A stretch of 64,000 nt of DNA from Waddliaceae bacterium (GCA_963783885.1 CAWAPJ010000012.1:31781-95780), one strand, 5' to 3'; numbered from the stretch's first letter, positions 47,269-57,478 are shown. Translations and numbers: made by a program. Notes: generated by a model not told the origin, from the sequence alone.

Positions 47269-47943
47269 ATGAAAAATGTCATTCTTCGCTCACTTCTACT
47301 GCCTGCTTTTTTGCTAGGCTGTCAAACTAGGGACTCAACAGAAGAACATCAACAATCCCTATCAAAGCTAAAGACTGATTTCGAAAACCAGATCCTGCAT
47401 AGGGGTGTTGAGGAAGGACCGTTTGGCTTTAGTTATCAATACAGAACGGTTTTCCTTTCCAATGAGGTCATTAGCCTATTTGGAGAACTTTCAGTTGCTG
47501 ATAGGCTCCCGCGAATTTGGAAACAATACGAGTGCAAAACTCTTTTCAAAGATCATAATAACTGGGAAGAAGTCACTTTATCCAACCTATTTTCAAGTCC
47601 TCATAAAAAGGAACTTCTACGTAAAGCTTGTGAAAATCAACTCAAAGATAATCCACTGTCCTACTTCTCGGGCAACACACCCTTATATCTGTCATTGAAG
47701 CTCGATCACAATCCTCTGTTTGTCATCGATCATCAGTATCTTATCGTTATCTTCGGTCCTTATTCGGTTGGCGGATGCTGCGACGGTCCCTTAACAGCGA
47801 AAATTCCCTTAAGTACTCTTCAGAATGAATGGAATCTCAAACATCCACTTCTTGAGTGTGTGAGTAGAGCCATCGAGTCAAGGGACTATATAACAACCTG
47901 GGAAACCGACAATGAGTTTTGCAATTCTCTTTACAACTATTGA
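47269..47943 (+). CDS. Lipoprotein with RsiV/DUF3298-like domain
   Basis: Lipobox LLGC; VTL.NLF and FGPYSVG....GP...KIP. Confidence 0.7.
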   Translation: MKNVILRSLLLPAFLLGCQTRDSTEEHQQSLSKLKTDFENQILHRGVEEGPFGFSYQYRTVFLSNEVISLFGELSVADRLPRIWKQYECKTLFKDHNNWEEVTLSNLFSSPHKKELLRKACENQLKDNPLSYFSGNTPLYLSLKLDHNPLFVIDHQYLIVIFGPYSVGGCCDGPLTAKIPLSTLQNEWNLKHPLLECVSRAIESRDYITTWETDNEFCNSLYNY

Positions 47944-48287
47944 TTTTCGAAACCGTCAGAAAGCTCGGTGACTTTTACCCATTCGTTGATATGAATATCT
48001 GGAATCTGGACACCCTCCTTGTAGAGCTTTTTTAAAGCGGGCTTGTTGATCTCCTCTTTTGTAATGACACAATTGAGCGCTCGGGCGGTTGCGATCGGGG
48101 TTTTAACAATGAGCTGCTGAATTTTTGTGACCTTATATCGAGATGTTGAAGCGTGCTTGTCTGTCATCAGGGCAAGAATTTGCGAGGTGATCTCCTTTTT
48201 TCGAGCAGAAAGCATTTCAACTTCTTTTGATATGCTGCGGTACTCTTTGCAAAGATCGTCAAGAATTTTATTATTTTCATCTCTCAT
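47937..48287 (-). CDS. Hypothetical protein, weakly phage Gp157/Gam-like
   Basis: N-terminal coiled coil; INKPALKKLYKEGVQIP. Confidence 0.5.
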   Translation of the reverse strand: MRDENNKILDDLCKEYRSISKEVEMLSARKKEITSQILALMTDKHASTSRYKVTKIQQLIVKTPIATARALNCVITKEEINKPALKKLYKEGVQIPDIHINEWVKVTELSDGFENQ

Positions 48288-48339
48288 CGAATACAACACT
48301 TCTTATACTTGTTAAAAGAGGAAATGACAAACTTACCGT

Positions 48340-49338
48340 TCAATCTCCCTCCTTTATCATCTTTTTTATCACCTCGATGACCTTTTCCGGATTATCATAG
48401 TGGATAAAATGACCGCTTTCCTCTAGTGTCATCTGACGTCCTTTAGTCGATTCTTTGGCTAGCTTTTGATGCATGTTGACGACATTAGCATGTAAAATAT
48501 CGAGCTCTTTCTTGGTGATATTTGGAATAGCGAACTTTTCCCTGCCGGATGTCAGCACAGTAACCGGAATTAAACCGAGCCCGCTGTTGAATTCCCTCAT
48601 TTGCTGCAAGCTTTCGATAAATCCTGCATCCTCCCTATAGGCAGCCCCCAAAGTTTTAGGTTCCGAATGATTCGCTTGATAGACCTTTTTGATATCCTCG
48701 GGAAGCTTTGGAAACTTTTGTTCAATGAAATTGCGGCTCAAAATCCGGTGCAAACCCGATTTTGCCAAAAAGAGATACAAGTTACTCCAGAGATTTTGAG
48801 CAGGGTTGGATACCTTAACCGGAAAAAAAGCAATCATATCTTCATGGGAAGGGTCCAGCAGCACGAGACCCTCCACTTCCGCCGGAAAGAGCGTCGCAAA
48901 GAGGCGCATATTGAGTCCTCCAAAAGCATGCCCCACCAGAATATAGGGAGGTTTTTCACCGGCTTTTCCCAGCAGCTCGTGCAGCTCCCAAACAATATCG
49001 AGACTCGTCCGGGACTGCCCCGCCTCTTCGCTCCACCCATAGCCCGGGCGGTCGTAGCTGCAAGTTCTCGTAATCTTTGAAATCTCTTCCTGAATTTCAT
49101 GCCAGTCCAAGGAATGGAATCCAAGCCCCGAGTCAAACACGACAGTGGGCGATCCTGTTCCCTGGCAATGAATATGGATTTTCCGTCCATTCACTTCGAT
49201 GAGCTCACCAGGCGGAGGTGAACGGTAATAGGCGCCGATAATGCTGTCTAAAACCCTTCCGACACCAAAGAATGCCATACTGATGATGACAATGATCGCA
49301 AAAATTTGAATAAAGAGTTTCCGGCCGGTTTTAAACAT
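48340..49338 (-). CDS. Membrane-anchored alpha/beta hydrolase with Ser-to-Ala nucleophile change
   Basis: YDRPGYGWS, GHAFGG, SGHFIH. Confidence 0.85.
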   Translation of the reverse strand: MFKTGRKLFIQIFAIIVIISMAFFGVGRVLDSIIGAYYRSPPPGELIEVNGRKIHIHCQGTGSPTVVFDSGLGFHSLDWHEIQEEISKITRTCSYDRPGYGWSEEAGQSRTSLDIVWELHELLGKAGEKPPYILVGHAFGGLNMRLFATLFPAEVEGLVLLDPSHEDMIAFFPVKVSNPAQNLWSNLYLFLAKSGLHRILSRNFIEQKFPKLPEDIKKVYQANHSEPKTLGAAYREDAGFIESLQQMREFNSGLGLIPVTVLTSGREKFAIPNITKKELDILHANVVNMHQKLAKESTKGRQMTLEESGHFIHYDNPEKVIEVIKKMIKEGD

Positions 49339-49394
49339 TACGATGATTATAACCTAAGATTTATTTTTATTCATGTCCTTGGCAAGATGAGGAA

Positions 49395-50378
49395 ATGCGG
49401 GCCATGGTTTTAAAACAGCCGAAAACTCCCCTCGTCTTAGAAGACCTGGAGATTCCCGAACCGGGAGAGGGACAGATACGTGTGAAAGTATCGGCATGCG
49501 GCATCTGCCGCACCGATCTGCATGTCGTCGACGGCGAGCTGACAGAGCCGAAACTCCCTCTTGTTCCCGGCCATCAGATTATCGGCACCGTTGATAAGCT
49601 TGGCGATGGCGTCAGCCGTGTAAAAATTGGAGATCGGATAGGAGTCCCCTGGCTGGGAAAAAGCTGCGGAAAATGCCGCTACTGCCAAGAAGGGCGGGAA
49701 AACCTCTGCGATAACGCCCTCTATACCGGCTACCTGATCGACGGCGGATTTGCCGAGTATTGCCTCGCCTATGAAGAATTTAGCTTTCCCATTTCCAAAG
49801 ACTATCCCGACTTGCAGGCCGCCCCCCTCATGTGCGCCGGCCTGATCGGATACCGCTCTTACCGCAAAACCGATGGGGCAAAAACGCTTGGCTTTTATGG
49901 ATTCGGTTCCGCGGCCCACATTATCACGCAGGCTGCTGTCTATGACAACAAGCAGGTTTACGCCTTCACCCGCCCCGGCGACACCGAGGGACAGGAATTC
50001 GCTAAAAAAGTCGGCGCCGTCTGGGCCGGAGGCTCGGATGAATTTCCTCCTGAAAAGCTGGACGCCGCCATCATTTTTGCCCCTGTAGGAGGACTTGTCC
50101 CCGCCGCCCTAAAAGCTGTTCGTAAAGGAGGCATTGTCGTCTGCGCGGGCATTTATATGAGCGATATCCCGAGCTTTCCCTACAGAGACCTTTGGGAAGA
50201 AAGGGAGATCCGCTCTGTCGCCAACCTCACCCGCAAAGACGGAGAGGAATTTCTTGCGCTGGCCCCAAAAATCCCCATAAAAACCGAAGTGACTACCTAC
50301 CCCCTTGAAAAAGCCAACGAAGCTCTGGATGATTTAAGACATGGCCGCTTCAGCGGCTCGGCGGTTATTCAACCTTAA
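49395..50378 (+). CDS. Zinc-dependent alcohol dehydrogenase family protein
   Basis: CGICRTDLH, PGHQ, CxxCxxC...C, APLMCAGLIGYR. Confidence 0.95.
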   Translation: MRAMVLKQPKTPLVLEDLEIPEPGEGQIRVKVSACGICRTDLHVVDGELTEPKLPLVPGHQIIGTVDKLGDGVSRVKIGDRIGVPWLGKSCGKCRYCQEGRENLCDNALYTGYLIDGGFAEYCLAYEEFSFPISKDYPDLQAAPLMCAGLIGYRSYRKTDGAKTLGFYGFGSAAHIITQAAVYDNKQVYAFTRPGDTEGQEFAKKVGAVWAGGSDEFPPEKLDAAIIFAPVGGLVPAALKAVRKGGIVVCAGIYMSDIPSFPYRDLWEEREIRSVANLTRKDGEEFLALAPKIPIKTEVTTYPLEKANEALDDLRHGRFSGSAVIQP

Positions 50379-50381
50379 AAT

Positions 50382-50656
50382 CTATTTGAATAACTCTGAA
50401 TGACTCCCTGTTCTTTCAAATATCAGTGAATCTTTTGTTTTTTTGTAGATCAAAAGCCAATCAGGTTCTATATGACATTCCCAGTGCCCCTTCCAATTTC
50501 CTTTTAGTCTGTGATTTTTGTATTGATCTGGAAGAGGCAATTCCTCAACGAGCATTCTGAAAATCACAGCGAACTTTCTCAGATCTTTCCCCTGCTTTTT
50601 TTTTGTTTTTCCAAATCTTTTTTGAATTTTTTAGTCGATAATATCTGCAAAGTCAT
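50382..50656 (-). CDS. yafQ: YafQ-family mRNA interferase toxin, frameshifted in an A9 run
   Basis: NH.LKGNWKG.WECHIEPDWLLIY, RTGSHSELF; N-term MTLQILSTKKFKKDL in another frame; ATGA overlap with the antitoxin. Confidence 0.88.
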
Positions 50657-50898
50657 TCATCAATTCCAAACTGCTCCAACATATCATCAATATCTTTGTA
50701 ATGTATAAGATTTTTCCCTTCATCGGCTTCTTTTAAAACTTTTTTTGTCATTTCATTCGGCTCTTTATAAAGAGTTTCGTAAATACAATTAAGAACAAGA
50801 TCTTTTACTGAAGTACCCCGGAGTGCCGCCAAAGCCTTTAGCTTTTTGTGCTCAATAACTGGAATTTCGATTGAGAGTCTAGTTTTTTCAGTATTCAT
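50653..50898 (-). CDS. RHH-type antitoxin (DinJ/RelB-like)
   Basis: RLSIEIP..EHKKLKALAA.RG.S.K; PN..T...L.E....K; directly upstream of the toxin. Confidence 0.85.
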   Translation of the reverse strand: MNTEKTRLSIEIPVIEHKKLKALAALRGTSVKDLVLNCIYETLYKEPNEMTKKVLKEADEGKNLIHYKDIDDMLEQFGIDE

Positions 50899-50933
50899 AC
50901 TTTCTCCTCTGGATATTATTATTATAGCATAAA

Positions 50934-50955
50934 TGTACATTTTATAAAATGTACA
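50934..50955. promoter_or_regulatory. TA operator palindrome
   Basis: Perfect 22-bp palindrome TGTACATTTTATAAAATGTACA just upstream of the antitoxin. Confidence 0.75.
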
Positions 50956-50979
50956 AAAACCCCTTTAAAATTGAGAAAA

Positions 50980-51456
50980 TTAGGCGCTAGAGCCGTAAAT
51001 GAAGAGGGCCCAGTTAAGCGAGGCGGCGTAAACGACCCAGGCGAAATAGGGGACAAGGAGGACGGCCGCCGATTTCCTGTATGTCCAAAACACGATAATA
51101 TTGATAAAAATCAGGCAGCAAAGAAGCGTGAGGACCATCAAAGCCAGGGAATGATTCTGCCAGGCAAAATAAATCCACCACCAAGAGGCGTTGAGGAGCA
51201 GCTGCACAAAGTAAACCATCATAGGAAAGACGAGTTCGGGACCTTCAGCACTGATCCAGACAAGCCAGCCCGAGATGGCCACAAGACAGTACACGACCAG
51301 CCATGACGGTGGAATCAACCAGGCGGGCTGTCCCCAAAAAATGTGGGAAAATTTCTTGATCCAGCCATGCGGCGAGAGGCCGGTTGCCCATCCACCGATC
51401 AGCAATATAATCAGAATCAGACAGATAAAAATTATGAGCGACATCGCTTTTTGCAT
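50980..51456 (-). CDS. TspO/MBR family protein (divergent paralog)
   Basis: P.W..P.W...Y, QLLLN..W, LLVPY.AWV.YA..LN. Confidence 0.85.
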   Translation of the reverse strand: MQKAMSLIIFICLILIILLIGGWATGLSPHGWIKKFSHIFWGQPAWLIPPSWLVVYCLVAISGWLVWISAEGPELVFPMMVYFVQLLLNASWWWIYFAWQNHSLALMVLTLLCCLIFINIIVFWTYRKSAAVLLVPYFAWVVYAASLNWALFIYGSSA

Positions 51457-51457
51457 G

Positions 51458-51943
51458 TCAATCTCCTATCAGATCGTAAAGGGCCATGACAAAATTGATC
51501 GACATCGCAAATGACACCCAGATCAAATAGGGAATCAAAAGAATGGAAGCCCAGGGACTGTATTTCCAGAAGACGGTGATATTGGCAATAATAGCGAAAA
51601 ACAATAAGACGATGGTGATAAATCCGTAAACAGTATTTTCCATGGCAAAAAACAGCCACGGCCAAAGGGCATTGAAAAAAAGCTGCACGGCATAAATGAC
51701 AAGAGGAAACGTGTCTTCGCTTCCACGCACTTTAAGCCAAACCATCCATCCGGAAATGGCGATCATGATATAAAGCACCGTCCAGACAGGGCCAAACACC
51801 CAATTGGGCGGGCCCCATTCGGGCTTCTTGAGCTGAGCATACCAGTTGTCGACAGAAATATTGGTGGCGATGGACCCTTGAAAGCCGATCGCAAAGACAA
51901 GTGCTAAAAATATGAGAAGACCTGCCCATTTATTGACTTTCAT
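51458..51943 (-). CDS. tspO: TspO/MBR family protein
   Basis: WY.QLKKP.W.PP.WVFGPVWT.LY, PYL.WVSFA..IN. Confidence 0.92.
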   Translation of the reverse strand: MKVNKWAGLLIFLALVFAIGFQGSIATNISVDNWYAQLKKPEWGPPNWVFGPVWTVLYIMIAISGWMVWLKVRGSEDTFPLVIYAVQLFFNALWPWLFFAMENTVYGFITIVLLFFAIIANITVFWKYSPWASILLIPYLIWVSFAMSINFVMALYDLIGD

Positions 51944-54900
51944 AGCCGCCGCCTCCCGGTGTGTGTATTTCCAAAATATCCCCTGCCTCAATGGCAACTT
52001 GCGCGAGTGAAGAAAGCTCTTCAATGGTTCCGGATTTTCTCTTGAGCACATTTTTTCCCATCTCTGCCGGATTTCCTCCTTTGAGGCCGAAGGGAGCCTT
52101 CGTCCTTCTCTGCGTCAGAAGGGTGCATTCTACCGGCTCTAAAAATTCGATCTCCCGGATGATGCCGTCGCCGCCCGAAGTGCGCCCTGAGCCTCCGGAA
52201 CCCCTCCGCACTTGAAACCGCCGAATCAAAACGGGATACCGCTGCTCCATCACTTCCGGGTCGGTGATGCGGGTATTGGTCATATGCGTATGGACGGCCG
52301 AAGCGCCGTTAAAATTCAGGCCGGCTCCCGCTCCCCCTCCAATCGTCTCATAATAACTGAAGGAGTCATTTCCAAAGACCACATTATTCATGGTCCCCTG
52401 GGATGCCGCCGCAACGCCCAAAGCTCCGAAGACGACGTCGACAACTCTTTGCGACACTTCGACGTTGCCTCCTGAAACGGCCACATCTTTTTCCGGATTT
52501 AAAAGGCCGCGGGGAATGGTCAGCTTAACCGGCGCCATAACGCCGGAGTTTAGCGGAATTTCTTCCTGAATGAGGCATCTAAGGCAATAGAGCACGGCGC
52601 TTCGGACAATGGAATAATTGGCGTTGAGGCATCCGGGATGCTCGGGAGAAGATCCGCTGAAATCGACCTCCATTTCCGAACCCTTTATCGCAATCGCCAC
52701 GCAAATGGGAGAGCCGTCATCGAGGCAATCGTCAAAACGATAGCAGCCGTCAGCCAGCTGTGAAATCGCCTTCCGTGTTTTTTCCTCGGCTATTTCGCAA
52801 AGATAATCCATATAAGAGCCGACGACATCCCAGGAGTGGGTTGCAATCATTTCTTTCAGGTCCCTCTCTCCGACATGATTGGCGGCAATCTGTGCGCGAA
52901 TATCGGCGATATTTTCATCGGGTGCGCGTGAGGGATAAGGGGCCTCGGTCAAGTGGCGGTAGAGAGTTTCTTCATCGAAATGTCCTTCTCTGACAAGCCG
53001 CAAGTTTTGAAAGACAACCCCTTCTTCTTTAAGCGATGAGGCAAAAGGATAAAAGGATCCCGGCGCCGCCCCGCCGATTTCGGCGTGATGGGCCCTTGAG
53101 GCGGTAAAAAAACAGAGGCCGCCTTCTATGAAAACCGGCGTCATCACTGTCAGGTCGGGCAAGTGCGATCCCCCTTTTCGGGGATCGTTTGACAGATAAA
53201 CATCCCCCGGTTTGATATCGTCAACATCTTTCATTAAAGACTTGACCGACTCGCCCATCGCCCCGAGATGAACCGGGATGTGCGGCGCGTTGACAACAAG
53301 GTTTCCCTTTCGGTCCAGGATGGCGCAGCTAAAATCCAGCCGTTCTTTCACATTCGTCGACAGCGACGATTTCTGCAGCACCGCTCCCATTTGCGTGGCG
53401 ATATGCGTAAACTGGTTGCTGAAAAGTTCCAAACGAATAGGATCTTTCCGGGTCGATCGATCAACATTGCCAAGACATTCCGCGCATGTCAGGACAAGAT
53501 CTCCCCGCTCAGTCACTTTAGCTTTCCAACCGGGATCAACAATGATCGTGGAAAACGGTTCAAAGATAATCGCCGGTCCTGTTATTTCTGCTCCAAAAGA
53601 GAGGTCTGAGCGCTCATAAAGATGAGTTTCATAATCTTTTCCCAAAAAAACGCAGATTTTTGTTTGACGGGACTTGGGTTTGCGGTCATTTTTTTCTAAA
53701 ACGGGAAGCGAAAATTTCTCTGTTTTGCCAATGACTTCAACACGGCAGGCGGCGATCTCCACATCCCGTCCGCTCAGCTCGTGCCCGTAAAGCTGAAGGT
53801 GCAGCCGCTTAAAATCAGATAAAAACTTTTCATAATTATTTCCACGGACTGTGATCACGGAGTCTTCGCCGCGATATCTTAAGTCAAGCATTCTTATGGG
53901 CTGTTCAATACGATCGAACGACACCCCTTCAGCGGCCACTTCTTTTTTGAGTTTACTTTCAAAATCTCGAAATGTCTCTTCCAGATCTTTGAGCGATTCT
54001 TTGGTGAATGGCTTCAATACACTTGTTTCGGCAAAACGCTTGACATCGGCCATACCGATCCCGAATGCGCTTAAAATCCCTGCGAATGGATGATGCAAAA
54101 CTGTCTTCATGCCAAGTGCCGCTGCAACCCGGCATGCATGCTGGGACCCGGCGCCCCCGAAGGAGACCAGGGCATAATCCGCTGGATCGTACCCTTTGGC
54201 GCTGCTAATGGTTTTAATCGCGTTGGCCATTGAGAGATTGGCCACATCGGTAAAGCCTTGAGCGATTTCTTTGAGCGTCAGAGCTTCTCCCGTCTCTTTC
54301 CTGATTTCATCGGCTATTTCTTCAAGCCCCCTTTCCGCGGCTTTTGCATCCAAGGGAAACGGGAAGTGTTTGTCATCAATTTTTCCGTTAAACAAATTAA
54401 TATCGGTAACGGTCAAAGGCCCCCCTTTGCCATAGCAGGCAGGGCCCGGATCGGCGCCGGCACTTTCGGGTCCGACGATGAGTTTTTGTCCATCGAAACG
54501 GCAGATGGAACCGCCGCCTGCCGCAACTGTTTCTATCGCATACATAGGAGAGGAGATCCTCACGCCGGCTTTTTTAAGCGAAAACTGATATTCGTAATGT
54601 CCGTCAAAGCGGCTCACATCAGTCGATGTTCCTCCCATATCAAAGCCAATGCACTTGTCAAACCCTGCCTCTTTGGCAACATGCGCAAAACCAACAACGC
54701 CTCCAGCCGGTCCGCTGAGCAGGCTGTCCTTTCCGACAAATTTATGGGCATCGGTCAAGCCTCCCGCAGATGTCATCATCTTAAATCCGCACGACGGAAT
54801 CTTTTGATGTATGGATTGAATATAGTCGTTTAAGACAGGAGAAAGGTATGCGTCGACAACAGCCGTTTCGGCTCTGTCCAAGGCTTTAATCGTCGGAGAT

Positions 54901-55667
54901 AATTTCGACGACAGTGAAACATGGGACACACCCACCTCCCCCGCAAGCCGGGCAATACCTTCTTCGCCGGCGGGATTTTTATAGGAATTGATTAGGCAAA
55001 CGGCGATCGCATCCAATCCCTTGTTTTTGATGGCTTTCAGAGATGCTAAACATTTTTCTTCATTCAAGGCAGTCCTATCTCTGACTTCAACCACTTCAGT
55101 GTAGAGTGGCCGAGTTTTAATGATGTTTAGATCGAAAAGTTTCGGACGGGCCTGATTGCCGATTTCAATCAGATCTCCGAATCCTTCTGTCACAAAAAAG
55201 GCCAGCTTCGCCCCGTTTCTTTCCAGCAAGGCATTCGTCCCCCGTGTTGTGCCGAGGCGCAAGTTCAAATTGCCCAGCTTTTCATCCGTCGAAAGACCCA
55301 AAATTTTTCGAATGCAGATGACGGGGGCCTCTTCCCCCGAGCTTAAAATATAGCGGATGTTGCCCGGCAGGGAGTCCGCCGGTCTTTCCAGAAGAAGATA
55401 ATCATCGTGGGAGCTGCTGACGGGAAGGGATTCCAGACTATTCCCTTCATCGTCCAAAAATGTCAGCCTATAACCTCGGAAAAAATTTTCGGGAAATTCT
55501 TTCAGGGCAGGATCAATTAGCCGCTCTTTTGTCGAGGATTGATCCGCCTTTCCCTGAAAAACTCCTGAACTCAGAATTTTGCATGTATGGAGCAAGCCGT
55601 CCGGCGACCGCGCGATGCAATCGGTAAACGTCCCCCCTACGTCGATCCAAAAGTCCCATGTCTTCAT
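51930..55667 (-). CDS. 5-oxoprolinase (fused hydantoinase A/B)
   Basis: IDVGGTFTD, LLSGPAGG, DMGGTSTD, ERLDFSCA, NAPHIPVHLG, GGSHLPD, TPGGGGY. Confidence 0.93.
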   Translation of the reverse strand: MKTWDFWIDVGGTFTDCIARSPDGLLHTCKILSSGVFQGKADQSSTKERLIDPALKEFPENFFRGYRLTFLDDEGNSLESLPVSSSHDDYLLLERPADSLPGNIRYILSSGEEAPVICIRKILGLSTDEKLGNLNLRLGTTRGTNALLERNGAKLAFFVTEGFGDLIEIGNQARPKLFDLNIIKTRPLYTEVVEVRDRTALNEEKCLASLKAIKNKGLDAIAVCLINSYKNPAGEEGIARLAGEVGVSHVSLSSKLSPTIKALDRAETAVVDAYLSPVLNDYIQSIHQKIPSCGFKMMTSAGGLTDAHKFVGKDSLLSGPAGGVVGFAHVAKEAGFDKCIGFDMGGTSTDVSRFDGHYEYQFSLKKAGVRISSPMYAIETVAAGGGSICRFDGQKLIVGPESAGADPGPACYGKGGPLTVTDINLFNGKIDDKHFPFPLDAKAAERGLEEIADEIRKETGEALTLKEIAQGFTDVANLSMANAIKTISSAKGYDPADYALVSFGGAGSQHACRVAAALGMKTVLHHPFAGILSAFGIGMADVKRFAETSVLKPFTKESLKDLEETFRDFESKLKKEVAAEGVSFDRIEQPIRMLDLRYRGEDSVITVRGNNYEKFLSDFKRLHLQLYGHELSGRDVEIAACRVEVIGKTEKFSLPVLEKNDRKPKSRQTKICVFLGKDYETHLYERSDLSFGAEITGPAIIFEPFSTIIVDPGWKAKVTERGDLVLTCAECLGNVDRSTRKDPIRLELFSNQFTHIATQMGAVLQKSSLSTNVKERLDFSCAILDRKGNLVVNAPHIPVHLGAMGESVKSLMKDVDDIKPGDVYLSNDPRKGGSHLPDLTVMTPVFIEGGLCFFTASRAHHAEIGGAAPGSFYPFASSLKEEGVVFQNLRLVREGHFDEETLYRHLTEAPYPSRAPDENIADIRAQIAANHVGERDLKEMIATHSWDVVGSYMDYLCEIAEEKTRKAISQLADGCYRFDDCLDDGSPICVAIAIKGSEMEVDFSGSSPEHPGCLNANYSIVRSAVLYCLRCLIQEEIPLNSGVMAPVKLTIPRGLLNPEKDVAVSGGNVEVSQRVVDVVFGALGVAAASQGTMNNVVFGNDSFSYYETIGGGAGAGLNFNGASAVHTHMTNTRITDPEVMEQRYPVLIRRFQVRRGSGGSGRTSGGDGIIREIEFLEPVECTLLTQRRTKAPFGLKGGNPAEMGKNVLKRKSGTIEELSSLAQVAIEAGDILEIHTPGGGGYESQ

Positions 55668-56617
55668 TTGATCTTAAGAACAATCTTGCCCCGGGTGTGC
55701 CCTTCGCGATTCTTCTCCAAAGCCTCTGCGGCATCTTCCAGGGAATATTCCGTGATTTTGGGCACCTTCAAATGGCCTTCATCGAAAAGCTTAGTAATTT
55801 TAGTCAGCTCCTCGCCATTGGGGCGAACAAAAACAAATCCCGCGCGTATGCCGTGCTCCTGCCCTACAGAATCTTCGATAAAAAGCTTGCAGATCGTCAC
55901 AAGCCAGCCTCCCTTTTTCACCAAAGAGAGGCTTTGGTCGAAAGCCTCTTCACCGACGCAATCAAGAACGACATCAAACCCCTTCGGTTCTTGTTTCTTT
56001 TGCACCTCGGCAATATCTTCTTTGTGGTAGTCAATCGCCACATCGGCGCCAAGATCCTTGACATACTGATGGTTTCCGCTGCTGGCGGTTGTGTATATTT
56101 TTGCTCCGGCCCAACGGGCGAGCTGAATCGCCATGCTCCCAACGCCCCCCGCTCCGGCATGGATTAAAATCGACTGCCCCTTAGTCAGCTTCGCCAGATC
56201 AAACAGAGCCTGCCATGCCGTCAGAGCTACTAGAGGAATGCCCGCGGCTTCGGCAAAGCTTAAGTGTTTGGGCATCATGGCAACATGATCGGCATTCACA
56301 GCAACGAACTCAGCGTAAGTGCCCCACTTGACAACGGGTTTTCGACAGTAGGAATACACCTCGTCGCCCGGCTTGAAATTCTTGACCCCTTCACCGACTT
56401 CGGAGACGGTTCCTGAAACATCCCATCCCATAATGGCGGGAAATTCGGTTTTCACCCGTTTCTGCAGCCATCCCTCCCGAATTTTCCAGTCTACAGGATT
56501 CAATCCCGCATAGACCCCTTCAATGAGAACTTCGCCCTTTTCCAGTTTCGGGTTCGGTATGTCAGTTATACGCATTTTATCCTTGCCGCCAAACTCGTCA
56601 AATACAACAGCTTTCAT
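55664..56617 (-). CDS. NADP-dependent (quinone) oxidoreductase, MDR family
   Basis: NPVDWKIREG, LTAWQAL, HAGAGGVGS.AIQLA, GKIVL. Confidence 0.92.
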   Translation of the reverse strand: MKAVVFDEFGGKDKMRITDIPNPKLEKGEVLIEGVYAGLNPVDWKIREGWLQKRVKTEFPAIMGWDVSGTVSEVGEGVKNFKPGDEVYSYCRKPVVKWGTYAEFVAVNADHVAMMPKHLSFAEAAGIPLVALTAWQALFDLAKLTKGQSILIHAGAGGVGSMAIQLARWAGAKIYTTASSGNHQYVKDLGADVAIDYHKEDIAEVQKKQEPKGFDVVLDCVGEEAFDQSLSLVKKGGWLVTICKLFIEDSVGQEHGIRAGFVFVRPNGEELTKITKLFDEGHLKVPKITEYSLEDAAEALEKNREGHTRGKIVLKIK

Positions 56618-56626
56618 TTTTTCCTC

Positions 56627-57407
56627 CTACTTGTGAAACCAGGGAATGATTATGCTGGTTGTTTTCTGGTATTCGCGGTAATTTTCCCCTTTTGAAGCCA
56701 GAAGCTGCTTTTCTGTCGGAGGAATTCCTGTCACTCCGAGAATAAAAAAAGCGACAAGCAAAGGCGATATAAGTCCTACATATCCATAGGGGGCTGTCAT
56801 GGCGAAAAAGGAAAAACCAATCCAGGTGATAATCTCGAAAAAAATAGTTGGGATGCCTCGAGTAGCGCCAAAGTCCCAGTCTGCACACTTCCATAGGATT
56901 GGTATTATTATCGCGGAACTGTTTGAGAGACCAATCAGCCCAGCTTTCCCCAAGGATGCCGAGAGCGACCAATACAATGGCCGCAATATCCCAGCTGCTG
57001 AAAGGGGCGGTATTGAGCATCCCGATAGCAAAGGCAAATGACAAAGCAGCTGCCCCCACACCCTGGAACATGTAATAGACAAAATAATTACGCGCTGAAT
57101 TTTCGGCCCAAATTTGATTCAGGTACTGATATCGTTTATCCCCCATTCCTGTCCGGACTCGAAAGAATAAATGAAAGACCAAGCGAGCGCTCCAGATAAC
57201 AACGACGACTACAAGAATAATCTGCCTGATACCAATCACATCTGTGTAATAAAAATAACTCAAGCACAAAATCCCCAAACCGGCTGTCCAGCCAATATCC
57301 GCAAGAGCCGGCTCATCCATAAGGCGATAAACCCCGTAAAGGATTCCCATCACAATCAGCATAAAAACCAATCCGAAACCAAGATAAGCAAAAACTTCTA
57401 AGTACAT
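56627..57407 (-). CDS. DUF1295 (steroid 5-alpha-reductase-like) membrane protein, frameshift in the A7 run 56838-56844
   Basis: D.RY, E..AD..L..F, GLWRYSRHPNYF; continues EII.W...TGIPPTE...Y.EYQ.TTS..IPW in the next frame. Confidence 0.88.
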
Positions 57408-57478
57408 AGACGCTCCCTTCCCCTCCCTCTATAGCAAGATTGCCGAATAAATACTAATTTTTTATTATTCAGTTCTCT

